Positions 31,508 through 41,248 of a stretch of DNA of 64,000 bases are shown in pieces. A program made the translations under genes and the position numbers. How positions within the stretch are numbered: the stretch's first letter is position 1; the number at the start of each line of letters is the position of its first letter. The notes below the pieces were generated by a model. That model did not search any database. It had not been told where the DNA came from and worked only from the letters and a program-made list of their open reading frames with translations. The stretch covers positions 96,001 through 160,000 of the forward strand of contig JAXHLW010000012.1 of assembly GCA_034521815.1 (NCBI GenBank), read 5' to 3'. This DNA comes from Trueperaceae bacterium (GTDB taxonomy: Bacteria > Deinococcota > Deinococci > Deinococcales > Trueperaceae).

Positions 31508-31734
31508 GTCGACGCTTCCCACTCCGTGTCGCCGACCGGTTCCGTGGGATCGTCGTAGCGCAGGACGCAGCCCCGGAGGCTCGCCAAGAGGTCGTCGGCA
31601 GGCGCGTGGGGCTCGATGCGGACGACGGGACGCCCACGGTCGGTGATGATCAGCGGTTCACCGGTCCGTTCGACCTCCCGCAGGTAGGCCAGCGCCTTCG
31701 GTGCGAACTGGGACTTCGAGACCTGCCTCGTCAC
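31504..31734 (-). CDS. Phd/YefM family type II antitoxin
   Basis: GAGGAGG RBS; VSKSQF...LREVERTGEPLIITDRGRPV. Confidence 0.85.
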   Translation of the reverse strand: MTRQVSKSQFAPKALAYLREVERTGEPLIITDRGRPVVRIEPHAPADDLLASLRGCVLRYDDPTEPVGDTEWEAST

Positions 31735-31825
31735 GGGAGCCTCCTCGTCGACGTCGATATGGACCATAGTCACGGCCCATGGTCGTTTTCCAGGCGCCCC
31801 TCGTTGCGCCGGCCCGCTCCGGGGC

Positions 31826-32627
31826 CTACCCCTTCCTCACCTTCCACACCAGCTCGCTCGGCCACCGACGCGCCCACGCGGACGTCACGAAGAACGCCGT
31901 CTCCGGCGCGCCCTCGCCCGGCCGCGGCTCGCGCAGGTCCTCGATCACGAAGCCGGTGGCGCGAAACAGGGCCGCCCACTCGGAGAGCGGCAGGGTGAAC
32001 TCGATGCCGCCCGGGTCGACCTCCACCTCGGTCCAGTCGACGCGGTGCAGGCCGAAGTAGGGGCGGATCAGCCGCTCTTGGATCGCCGCGCCGCTCCACG
32101 GGCTGCAGACCGTGCTCAGCGGGTGATGGGCGAGGAACACCAGCCGTCCGCCCGGCTTCAGAAGCCGCCACGCCTCCGGGATCCAGGCGTAGGGGTCGCA
32201 CCAGATGGCCGCGCCGTACTCGCTGATCGCGAAGTCGAACGAGGCGTCCTCGAACGGCGTGGCCTCGGCGTTTCCGTGCACCAGGGTCAGGTCGATGCCG
32301 TGCTCGCTGGCCAGCCGGCGGGCGGTGGCCAGCTGCGCTTCGGAGGCGTCGATGCCGGTGACGGTCGCGCCGCGGCGCGCCATCCAGGCCGAGACGTAGC
32401 CGGTGCCGCAGCCCAGCTCGACGGCGCGCATCCCGGCCATGTCGGCGGGCAGCATCTCGAGCTCGGACTCGGGCACGCCCCAGATGCCCCAGCTGGGCTG
32501 GTCGTCGGCCCAGTTCCTCTCGCCCGAGGCGACCCAGGCCCCGGCCATCCGCGTTCCAGTACCGCTGGTTCTCGAGTACGTGCGGCGGAAGCTCGGGGCT
32601 CCGCTCGGCCGCGTCGTCGTGCCTCAT
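31826..32627 (-). CDS. Class I SAM-dependent methyltransferase (indel near 32550)
   Basis: VELGCGTG, FDFAISEYGA, LKPGGRL. The N-terminus (ENQRYWNA) is in an adjacent frame with a TAGGAT -10 box. Confidence 0.85.
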
Positions 32628-32713
32628 GGCGCGATCCTACGCCGAGGAGAGGCCGAGGGCGGCGCTCGCCCGTCCGGGGTCGCCTTCGGCGCGACCGCGG
32701 GAGACCGCGGGCC

Positions 32714-33412
32714 TCAGCTGGTGCGAGCCAGCGCCCACGCCACGGCCGCATCGGCGTGGATCGCGGTGGTGTCGAAGCGGGGCACGTCCACCAGCCCACC
32801 GAGCTCCAGCATGGTGATCTCGGTGCACCCCTCGATCACGCCCTGGGCGCCCGCCGACGCGAGCGCATCCACCATCGCGGCCACTTCGCGGCGGGAGTCG
32901 GGCTCGACGCGGCCCAGGCACAGCTCGCCGAAGATCACCTCGTGCAGGCGGGCCCGCTCGGGCTCGGACGGCACGACGACCTCCAGGCCGTGCGCCTCGA
33001 GCCGACCGCGATAGAACGCCTGCTCCATCGTGAAGCGGGTGCCCAGCAGCCCGATCCGCCGCACGCCGGCGGCCCGCACCCGTTCGGCGGTGGCGTCGGC
33101 CAGGTGCAGCAGCGGGATCTCCGTCGCGTTCTCGATCGCGTCCGCCACGCGGTGCATCGTGTTCGTGCACAGCACGATGCCGTCCGCGCCCGCCGCCTCC
33201 AGCCGCCGAGCGTCCAGCGCCAGCGCCTCGCCCGCCGCGTCCCACGCTCCGGCGGCCTGCATCGCCTCGATCTCGGCGAAGTCCACGCTGATCATGGCGA
33301 TCCGCGCGGAGTGCAGGCCGCCCAGACGCTCGCGAACCCCTTCGTTGATGCGGCGGTAGTACAGCGCGGTGCTCTCCCAGCTCATGCCGCCCAGCAGGCC
33401 GATCGTTCTCAT
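32714..33412 (-). CDS. Aspartate/glutamate racemase family protein (YgeA/RacX-like)
   Basis: IGLLGGMSWES, CTNT and GCTE catalytic Cys motifs. Confidence 0.92.
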   Translation of the reverse strand: MRTIGLLGGMSWESTALYYRRINEGVRERLGGLHSARIAMISVDFAEIEAMQAAGAWDAAGEALALDARRLEAAGADGIVLCTNTMHRVADAIENATEIPLLHLADATAERVRAAGVRRIGLLGTRFTMEQAFYRGRLEAHGLEVVVPSEPERARLHEVIFGELCLGRVEPDSRREVAAMVDALASAGAQGVIEGCTEITMLELGGLVDVPRFDTTAIHADAAVAWALARTS

Positions 33413-33472
33413 GCGGCGCCTCGCATCCGGCGCATCACGCGGCGGACCACGCGGTGCCTCGCGCCCGCTGCC

Positions 33473-34219
33473 TCATACCGTGTCGGCGGCGGGCCGCTCC
33501 GCCTCGAGCAGCATCCGCTCGACCGCCGCGTGCGGGACGGGCGGCGTGGTGATCAGCGGATCGGCCTCGCCGAAGCCGCCGAACCACCGCACCGCTTCGG
33601 GTCCGTAGTCCACCCCGCGGTCCGGGCAACCGCGCGCGCCCAGCATGTCGGTCTCCTCGGGCGAGAGTCCGCTGGCGAGGACCAGGAACGGTCGGCCTTC
33701 GCGGGGGACGAGGCCCCGAGACGCCAACGCGGGCGAGATCGGCAGCGCCGCCACCTCGCTCCGGTACTGCACGAACACGAACGCGTCGGGATCGGCCGCC
33801 GCCGCCGCGCGGGCGCGCATCATGCGCGCCCGGTGCTGCTGCGCCTCGATGACGTCGACGCGGATCGCGAGCAGGTAGTCGACCTCTTCGGAGTCGGCAG
33901 CGGGCCGAAGCAGCGCCAGCGGTCCGTGGCGTAGCAGCGCCCGCGCGGCGCGCTCGTCGGCGGCGCCGCGGGCGGCCAGGCCGGCGAACGCGTTCTCCGC
34001 GACGCGGCGGCCCCGCTCGGTCAGGTGGAACTCGTGCTGGTCCGTCTTGGCGTCCAGGACCCCTGCGAGCAGGCCCTGGCCGCGCAGCCCCTGCACCAGG
34101 CGGGCCGACACCTCGCGGGCGTGATCGCTGGCGACGATCCACCACGCCCCGTGCTCCAGTCGGAGCACGCCGTCGCGCAGCGCGTGGAGCGCCAAGGTCT
34201 CTTCGGTCGAGAACGCCAT
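33473..34219 (-). CDS. Hypothetical protein with possible winged-helix-like N-terminus
   Basis: TAGGAT 6 nt before the ATG; normal composition; FHLTERGR resembles a wHTH wing. Confidence 0.6.
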   Translation of the reverse strand: MAFSTEETLALHALRDGVLRLEHGAWWIVASDHAREVSARLVQGLRGQGLLAGVLDAKTDQHEFHLTERGRRVAENAFAGLAARGAADERAARALLRHGPLALLRPAADSEEVDYLLAIRVDVIEAQQHRARMMRARAAAAADPDAFVFVQYRSEVAALPISPALASRGLVPREGRPFLVLASGLSPEETDMLGARGCPDRGVDYGPEAVRWFGGFGEADPLITTPPVPHAAVERMLLEAERPAADTV

Positions 34220-34250
34220 CGTCCCATCCTACGGCCCGGCGCGGCGGACG

Positions 34251-34814
34251 TCAGTCCCGTGTGCCGCTCGTGACGAGACGGACGTGCCGGAAGCTGCGTG
34301 CCGCCGCGTCGAACGGCGCCCAGTCGAAGCTCTCGTAGCGGCCGATCCGGTAGGTGCCGCCGGGCGCCTCGATCAGGTAGCCGCTCTCCTCGTAGGGGGT
34401 GCCGCCGGGCGTCTCGTAGAGCGAGGTGACGCGCAGGCCGGAGGTCGCGGCGTCGCCGAAGGTGAGCGGCTCGGTCGTCGCGTCGACGGGGAACGACTCC
34501 TTCAGCGCGCGCGGCAGGTCGCGGCCGGGGAGGAAGGTGATCGTCGCGTCGGGGACGGTGGGCTCGCCGCCAAAGAAGCCGTGCAGGAACCACTGACCGC
34601 CGGCCGGAGCCAGGGCGTGGCTGGGCGGCAGCTCGATCAGGAAGCCTTGATCGCTGTCGACCCAGGCGATCCAGTCATTGGGCGTGGTCGGAGGGCCGGT
34701 TTCGGCGCCTGGCGAGGCGGGATCGGCTGCGACGGCGGGACCGACGACGACCATGAGCCAGGCCGCAGCCAGCAGGAAAGAGCGCGCAAGACCGGTCTCG
34801 AACGGAGGGTTCAT
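34251..34814 (-). CDS. Secreted hypothetical protein
   Basis: Signal peptide ending AVAA; TTGACC-N18-GATGCT-N6-ATG. Confidence 0.65.
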   Translation of the reverse strand: MNPPFETGLARSFLLAAAWLMVVVGPAVAADPASPGAETGPPTTPNDWIAWVDSDQGFLIELPPSHALAPAGGQWFLHGFFGGEPTVPDATITFLPGRDLPRALKESFPVDATTEPLTFGDAATSGLRVTSLYETPGGTPYEESGYLIEAPGGTYRIGRYESFDWAPFDAAARSFRHVRLVTSGTRD

Positions 34815-34958
34815 GGTCCGAGCATCCGACGTGCCGCCCCCAGCGGTCAACCCACCGCGGGTGCGATGCGTCCGCGGCAGCTCCGCGAGGCGGCATCGGA
34901 CAGAAGCCGCCTCGAAACGGGGACATACAGCCGATAACCAGCGTGATAGCGTCTGATG

Positions 34959-35261
34959 ATGCCGAGCTTCCACTTCGAGCTGTACGTCGCGGGGGACGCC
35001 CCCCGTTCACGTACGGCGGTGCGTTCCCTGACGGAGCTGTGCGAGGAGCGCCTGAGCGGCCGCTACGAGCTGGACGTCATCGACGTGTTGGCGCACCCCG
35101 AGCGGGCGGAGCAAGCCAAGATCTTGGCGACCCCGACACTGCTGAGGCTGCGTCCAGCGCCACGCGTCCGCATCGTCGGCGATCTCAGCCTGACGGCGAA
35201 CGTGGTGGCAGGACTCGGACTCGACGGCGAGGACGAAGGCGACGAGAGGGACGACGCATGA
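34959..35261 (+). CDS. kaiB: KaiB family protein
   Basis: ELYVAG, LDVIDV, ILATPTL, RIVGDLS; TAGCGT 6 nt before ATG 34959. Confidence 0.93.
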   Translation: MPSFHFELYVAGDAPRSRTAVRSLTELCEERLSGRYELDVIDVLAHPERAEQAKILATPTLLRLRPAPRVRIVGDLSLTANVVAGLGLDGEDEGDERDDA

Positions 35262-36862
35262 CGAAGATGGAGCGGAAGCGCGCGGAGAAGGTGCCCAGCG
35301 GTATTCCCGGGCTGGACCTCGTCTCCAAAGGGGGCTTGCCGTCCGCACGCTCCGTGGTCGTGGCCGGCACCTCCGGAAGCGGCAAGACGGTGTTCGGGGC
35401 GCAGTTCCTCGCGGCCGGGATCACGGAGATGGGCGAGCCCGGCGTGTTCGTCACCTGCGAGGAGTCGCCGGAGGACATCCGGGCCAACATCGCCAGCTTC
35501 GGCTGGGACGTTCCTCGCTGGGAGGAGGAGGGCACCTGGCGTTTCGTGGACGCCTCCCGGAATCTGGACGACGTGCCGGTCCGTGCCGGCGGGTACGACC
35601 TGGCGGCGCTGCTGGCGCGGATCGAGGACGCCGTCGCCCGCGTGGGGGCGAAACGTGTCGTCGTCGATTCCCTCGACGCGCTCTTCAGTCGGTTCGAGGG
35701 CGACGCCGCCTTTCGGCACGAGCTGCACCGCGTCATCGGCCTGCTGAACTCGTTGGGCGTGACGACCGTGCTCACCGCCGAACGCGACTCCGACTACGGG
35801 GCCAACTCCCGGCGCGGGGTCGAGGAGTTCGTCGCCGACAACCTGATCCTGCTCCGCAACGTCCTGAGCTCCGAGCGCCGCCGCCGCACGCTGGAGATCG
35901 TGAAGTTCCGTGGCGCGACGCACGACAAGGGCGAGTTCGGGTTCTCCATCACCCCGAAGGGGATCTCGGTCATCCCGCATCTCGACATCGGGCACGATCG
36001 CGTCATGTCGAACGATCGCCTGTCGATCGGCAACCCCGACGTCGACGCGATGTGCGATGGCGGGATCTTTCGCGATTCGGTCATGCTCGTGTCGGGAGCG
36101 GCGGGCACCGGCAAGACGCTCCTCACCGCCGCGTTCGTGGACTCGGCCGCGAGGGACGGAGAACGCTGCCTGGTGTTCTCTTTCGAGGAGCGGCGCGAGC
36201 AGTGGTTCCGCAATGCGAAAGGCTGGGGCTACGACTTTCACCAGCTGGAGCAGGACGGGCTGTTGAAGGTCGTGAGCGACTACCCGGAGGTCGCGACCCT
36301 CGAGGATCACCTGTTGGCGATCACGGCGGAGGTCGAGACGTTCAAGCCGCAACGCATCGCCATCGACAGCCTGTCGGCCCTGGAGCGGGTGGCCACGCCC
36401 GACTCGTTCCGGAAGTTCGCCGTGAGCCTGAGCGCCTACCTGAAGCACCACGGGATCACCAGCCTGTTGACGTCGACGACGCCCACCTTCCTGGGCGGCG
36501 CCTCGCCCAACGAGGCGCATCTGTCGACCGTGACCGACCTCATCATCCTGCTGCGGCACACCGAGATCGGAGGCGAGCTGCGGCGCGGCCTGACGGTGCT
36601 CAAGATGCGCGGCTCGCGCCACGACCACGGCGTCCGCGAATTCACGGTCGACGAGAACGGGATGACCTTGGGCGCGCCGTACGAGACACCCTTCGGCCTC
36701 ACGAAGGAGATCGGCGTCCTTCGGCCGAGTACGCTCGATGTCACGGACGCGGAAGTGGACGAGGACGAGGACGCGGAGGAGGACGCAGACGCGAACCCCG
36801 ACGGAGAAGCGAACGCCGACACGGGAGAAGGGCCGGACACGGACGAAGATTCCTGGCGATGA
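35258..36862 (+). CDS. kaiC: KaiC family double-domain ATPase
   Basis: CI: GTSGSGKT, EE, KFRG. CII: GAAGTGKT, EE, IDSLSALER, HLSTVTD, KMRGS. ATGA overlap with kaiB. Confidence 0.95.
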   Translation: MTKMERKRAEKVPSGIPGLDLVSKGGLPSARSVVVAGTSGSGKTVFGAQFLAAGITEMGEPGVFVTCEESPEDIRANIASFGWDVPRWEEEGTWRFVDASRNLDDVPVRAGGYDLAALLARIEDAVARVGAKRVVVDSLDALFSRFEGDAAFRHELHRVIGLLNSLGVTTVLTAERDSDYGANSRRGVEEFVADNLILLRNVLSSERRRRTLEIVKFRGATHDKGEFGFSITPKGISVIPHLDIGHDRVMSNDRLSIGNPDVDAMCDGGIFRDSVMLVSGAAGTGKTLLTAAFVDSAARDGERCLVFSFEERREQWFRNAKGWGYDFHQLEQDGLLKVVSDYPEVATLEDHLLAITAEVETFKPQRIAIDSLSALERVATPDSFRKFAVSLSAYLKHHGITSLLTSTTPTFLGGASPNEAHLSTVTDLIILLRHTEIGGELRRGLTVLKMRGSRHDHGVREFTVDENGMTLGAPYETPFGLTKEIGVLRPSTLDVTDAEVDEDEDAEEDADANPDGEANADTGEGPDTDEDSWR

Positions 36863-37705
36863 GCAGGCGCTCGCGTGCCCCCGATCCGGATCAGCTGCGG
36901 ATCATCTACGATCGGATGACGGACGGCGTCCTCGTCATCGACGATGGCGGGATCATCCTGGCGGCCAACCCGGCGGCCAGGGGGATGCTGCCGGAGGGGG
37001 ACTCCGGGCTGGAGGGCGAGGTGTTCGGGTTTCCGATCGCGGACCGTCGCGCGGTGGTGATCGAGATCCTTTCGCCCGGCGGTGTCGTACGGACCGTGGA
37101 GATGCGCGTCTCTCACCTCGAGTGGCGCGGGGAGCCGGCCCGGCTTCTGATCCTGCGTGACATCACCGAACAGACGGCACTGCTTCAACGCCTGCATCGC
37201 GCGGCCAACTACGACCCGGTCACCGACTTGCCGAACCGGATGCTCTTTTTCGAGCACATCGACCAGGCGATTCGTGAGGCCCGCCGCCACGACCACCGGG
37301 TGGGCCTGCTGTTCGTCGACTTCGACGGCTTCAAGCGTGTCAACGATACCTATGGGCACGACGTCGGCGACCGTCTCCTGCGCCAGATCGGCCAGCGGCT
37401 ACGACAGGCGCTTCGTGAAGAAGATCGCGTCGCACGCTTCGCCGGCGACGAGTTCCTGGTCACGCTGACGGAGGTGAAGGACGTGAACGAGGCGAGCATC
37501 GTCGCCGGCAAGCTTGCTGGCGGCGTTCGACGACCCGTTCGAGCTGGACGATGGCGTCCTCATCACCACGTCGGCAAGCATCGGTATCGCGTTCTTCCCC
37601 GACGACGCGGTGGACGCCTCCGAGCTGCTCAGGCGCGCCGACGCCGCCATGTACCGAGCCAAGGCGCAGGGCGGCCATCGCTTCTGTCTCCACGCCACGC
37701 CCTAG
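36859..37705 (+). CDS. PAS-GGDEF diguanylate cyclase (indel near 37510-37520)
   Basis: PAS; DPVTDLPNR, FKRVNDTYGHDVGD, REED I-site, AGDEF; C-terminus SASIG...ADAAMYRAK in the next frame; ATGA overlap with kaiC. Confidence 0.85.
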
Positions 37706-39011
37706 TCGTCAGCGCCGGCACGCTTGGCTTCGTACATGGCCCGATCGGCGGCGTCCAGCAGGGCGGCAGGCGAGGTCGCGTCGTGCGGGTAGGACGAGAT
37801 TCCGATGCTTGCCGAAATGTGGAAAGGCCGTTCTGCGATCTGGAAAGGAACCTCGAGGGCATCTCGAATCTTCTGGGCGACCAGCTCGACATCGTCGCGA
37901 TGCTGGGCTCCGGTGATGATCACGGTGAACTCATCGCCGCCATGACGGGCGACCGTATCTTCCTCCCGGACGCATTCGGAAAACCGCTGGGCCACCTCGC
38001 TCAGCAATGCGTCCCCGACTTCATGGCCGAACGAATCGTTGACGTCCTTGAAGCCATCGAGATCCACGAACAGCACGGATAGGGGCAGGTCGCTGCGTTC
38101 TGCGTGTTTGATCTCCTGTTCCAAGCGGTCCAGGAAGAGACGACGATTCGGCAGTCCGGTCAGAAGGTCATGGTGGGCGGCGTGCTGAATCTTTTCCTCG
38201 GCGAGTGCCTGTTCGGTGATGTCCCGGAAGATACAGACCGTTGTTTCGGTGCGCTGATCCTCGTCCAGCACGGGCGCTAGCAGATAGTCGAACCGTTCGC
38301 CGCGGCCAGAAGCGAAGGTGTGGACGAACTTGCCTCGGTAGGTGGACTGGTCGGCGATCACCGTTTCCAGGTTGTGCTGCAGTTCCGAGGCGAACGGAAA
38401 CTCGAGCTCGAAGAGGGATTTGCCGATGATCGCCTCGCGCTCCAGAGCGAACAGGTCCGAGGTGGCCTTGTTCGCATAGACGAATCTGCCCTCGAGATCC
38501 AGCACGAAGACCGGATCGGGCGATGCGAGCAGAACGGCGCCGAACAACCGGGTCTCGATCTCTTTCTCGGTCGAATACTGCCTCACCGACTCGGCGACGG
38601 CCTGGTCGATCGCCTCATGGAACCTGGTGAGGTCCGCAAGCTGTCGATCGGTAACCGTTGGATGGGCCTTCGTCCAGTGTGAGACCACGCTCGCACGCAG
38701 GGCCCGAAACTCGGACGTCGTCTCCATGATGTTGAAGCCGCTGGCGAGTCGATCGCTCCCGTGCACTTCTGCCGCGGAGTCCTCCTCATCGTCCGGCGCA
38801 TGGCCTTTCGACTTGGCGTCCTGTTCCGTTTCGCTCTGGTGCGAATCGAGATCCTCGGCGATCTCGAGAAGCATTTCCCTAGCGTGGTCGCGCAGTCCGG
38901 TCTTGCCCATGTACCTGGCAGGAAAGACCGTCTTGGCGAATGCCTCCGATCCTCGAGAATCGGGTCCATTTCCGACCGAATGAATTCGGCTAGTCCCATG
39001 TTCATCGGCAT
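37702..39011 (-). CDS. Sensor (RsbRD_N-like)-PAS-GGDEF diguanylate cyclase (indel near 38950)
   Basis: GAGGAG RBS; GLAEFIRSEMDPILE, then EAFA...AAEVHGSDRLASGF...SEFRALRASV; PAS; DLLTGLPNR, GGDEF. Confidence 0.85.
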
Positions 39012-39075
39012 CGCCCTGGCTCCTCGACGAGTCGACGCGTCCCACCGGAACGCAAGACGCATCGACCTGTACACC

Positions 39076-39200
39076 CTTCCCGTCTCGGAAGGCCTCATGG
39101 GCCACCAGCGGCGGGCGAGCCGTTCCTGGTGCCGCTGGCGAGTCCCTCATCGCGGCGCCGTCGGCGATGGCCACCGTCATCCTGATGGCGCGCAACGCGC
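39076..39200 (+). pseudogene. Degenerate ~125-bp copy of an internal marC segment (direct repeat of 41521-41648)
   Basis: Shared runs CGGAAGGCCTCATGGGCCACCAG, GCGGGCGAGCCGTTCCTGGTGCCGCTGGCGA and ATCCTGATGGCGCGCAACGCGC. Confidence 0.9.
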
Positions 39201-39286
39201 AGCAGCGCCCGCGCCGAGCCCAGGGTCAGCACGTGCTGTGCACAGTTGCTCTTGCGTTCCCATGTAGCAAGCGTTCTATACTGGTT

Positions 39287-41101
39287 CTGGCGCTTTCCCT
39301 GAACGAAGCGCATCGTGCCGCCATCCTCGAAGACGCGCAAGATGCGCTGATGGTGACCGATGCAGACGGTGCGTTGCTATACATGACCGCCGCCGCCGCG
39401 CACCTCTACGGGTTCGAAGAACGAGAAGGGGCGCAGCTCGAGAGCCTCAACCTCCAGCGTTACGCGCTCGAAACCTTCGAGCTACGCACCCTTGCGGGCG
39501 ATTCCGTGCCGGAGGACGAACAGCCCTTAGCGCGGGTCCTGCGGGGAGAGGCCTACCAGAACGTCGAGCTCCTCGTACGGCACCGGGAGAAGGACGAGAC
39601 GCGGGTGTTCGTGTTCAGCGGGCGCACCGTGCACACCGATCCACCCATCGGTGTGCTGTGGATCCGCGACGAGACCGACCGCTGGAAGGCCGAGCGACGC
39701 TACCGCACGACGTTCGAAGCCGACCCGGCGCCCAACCTCATCGCGCGTCTCGAGGACGAGCAGATCCTCCAAGCCAATGCCGGCATGCTGGAGATGCTGG
39801 GCAGCGACAAGAGCGACATCGTCGGGACCCCCCTCTCGGAACTCAAGCTGTATTCGAGAGACGACGGCTTGACGACGAGCCTCGACGCGCTCCGCGCTGG
39901 CGAGCGGATCCACAAGCGGAAGGCGACGCTCCGACCCTCTTCGGGCGGTGGGGAGCCCACGGACGTCCTGGTCTCCGCACGCGCCATCGAGATCGACGGC
40001 GAGCCCTGCGGCCTCTTCACGTTCATCGACGTGACGGAGCTCGAACGCAGCCAACGACAGAATGTCGAGCTCTTCGCACGAGAGACGGAAGCCCGCAAGA
40101 AGGCGGAAGCCGGTCGGGCGCGGCTGGAATCCGTCCTCGAGCAAGCTCCCGCGCTCATGGCCACCCTCGAAGGCCCCGAGCACGTCTTCACGACCGCCAA
40201 CCATGAATATCGCGCGTTCTTCGCCGGCCGAGAAATCGTCGGGCGGCGGGTGATCGACCTGCTCCCCGAGATCGAGGCTCAAGGGATCATCGGAATCCTC
40301 GACGACGTGTACCGAACGGGCGAGTCCTTCTCCAGCAAGGAGCTGCCCATCGACCTCGACCGGCACGGCATAGGGCACGTCGAGCGTCACTACTTCAACC
40401 TGGTGTACCAACCGCTGCGCGACGACGACGACCGCACCATCGGCGTCCTGGTCAATGCCGTCAACATCACCGAGCAGGTCGAGGCGAGAAAGCGTGCGGA
40501 GTCGATGCGTGCCGAGATGGAAGCCGCCTATGAACACACCATCGAGGGGTGGGCCAGGGCGTTGGACCTGCGCGACGAAGACACGGCGGGTCACAGCCAA
40601 CGGGTGACGGACATGACGGTGGCCCTGGCCAGGCAGTTCGGAATCTCGGGGGACGCGCTGGAGGGCGTGCGCAGGGGCGCGCTGCTGCACGACATCGGCA
40701 AGATGGGCGTCCCGGACGCCATCCTGCTGAAGCCCGGCAAGCTCACGGCCGACGAGTGGACCGTGATGAAGGGCCACACCGTGTACGGCCGTGACCTGCT
40801 GCAGCCGATCGCCTTTCTCGCGTCCGCGATCGATATTCCCTACTGTCACCACGAAAGGTGGGATGGCACCGGCTACCCCAGGGGGCTTCGAGGAGAGGAC
40901 ATCCCGCTGGCCGCACGCGTCTTCGCGGTGGTGGACGTGTACGACGCGCTCATGTCCAACCGCCCCTACCGCGACGCATGGCCCCGCGACCAGGTACTGG
41001 AGCACCTGCGAGAAGGAGCGGGAAGCCACTTCGATCCGAGCATCGTCGAGGCGTTCCTGAACATGCCGAGCGGCCAAGCCGCCACCGCCACCACCGAATA
41101 G
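39287..41101 (+). CDS. Triple-PAS HD-GYP c-di-GMP phosphodiesterase (start uncertain)
   Basis: Three PAS-like domains; GHSQRV, LHDIGK, HHERWDGTGYP; TATACT at 39277-39282. Confidence 0.88.
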   Translation: MALSLNEAHRAAILEDAQDALMVTDADGALLYMTAAAAHLYGFEEREGAQLESLNLQRYALETFELRTLAGDSVPEDEQPLARVLRGEAYQNVELLVRHREKDETRVFVFSGRTVHTDPPIGVLWIRDETDRWKAERRYRTTFEADPAPNLIARLEDEQILQANAGMLEMLGSDKSDIVGTPLSELKLYSRDDGLTTSLDALRAGERIHKRKATLRPSSGGGEPTDVLVSARAIEIDGEPCGLFTFIDVTELERSQRQNVELFARETEARKKAEAGRARLESVLEQAPALMATLEGPEHVFTTANHEYRAFFAGREIVGRRVIDLLPEIEAQGIIGILDDVYRTGESFSSKELPIDLDRHGIGHVERHYFNLVYQPLRDDDDRTIGVLVNAVNITEQVEARKRAESMRAEMEAAYEHTIEGWARALDLRDEDTAGHSQRVTDMTVALARQFGISGDALEGVRRGALLHDIGKMGVPDAILLKPGKLTADEWTVMKGHTVYGRDLLQPIAFLASAIDIPYCHHERWDGTGYPRGLRGEDIPLAARVFAVVDVYDALMSNRPYRDAWPRDQVLEHLREGAGSHFDPSIVEAFLNMPSGQAATATTE

Positions 41102-41248
41102 CGGCCGTCCACCAGAACCTAGGGCGTGTGCCCACTCGCGTGGTTGGTCGGTGATGACGCCGAGATGGGCATCCGTCCCATCACGCGGTACGCTCTTCGC
41201 GACGGGATCGAGCTTCGCGACGGGATCGAGCCAGCAGGAAGTGGCGGC

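Noticed and set aside
39167-39286. N-terminal extension of the HD-GYP ORF from ATG 39167
   Set aside because: That ATG lies in the marC fragment and upstream of the TATACT box.
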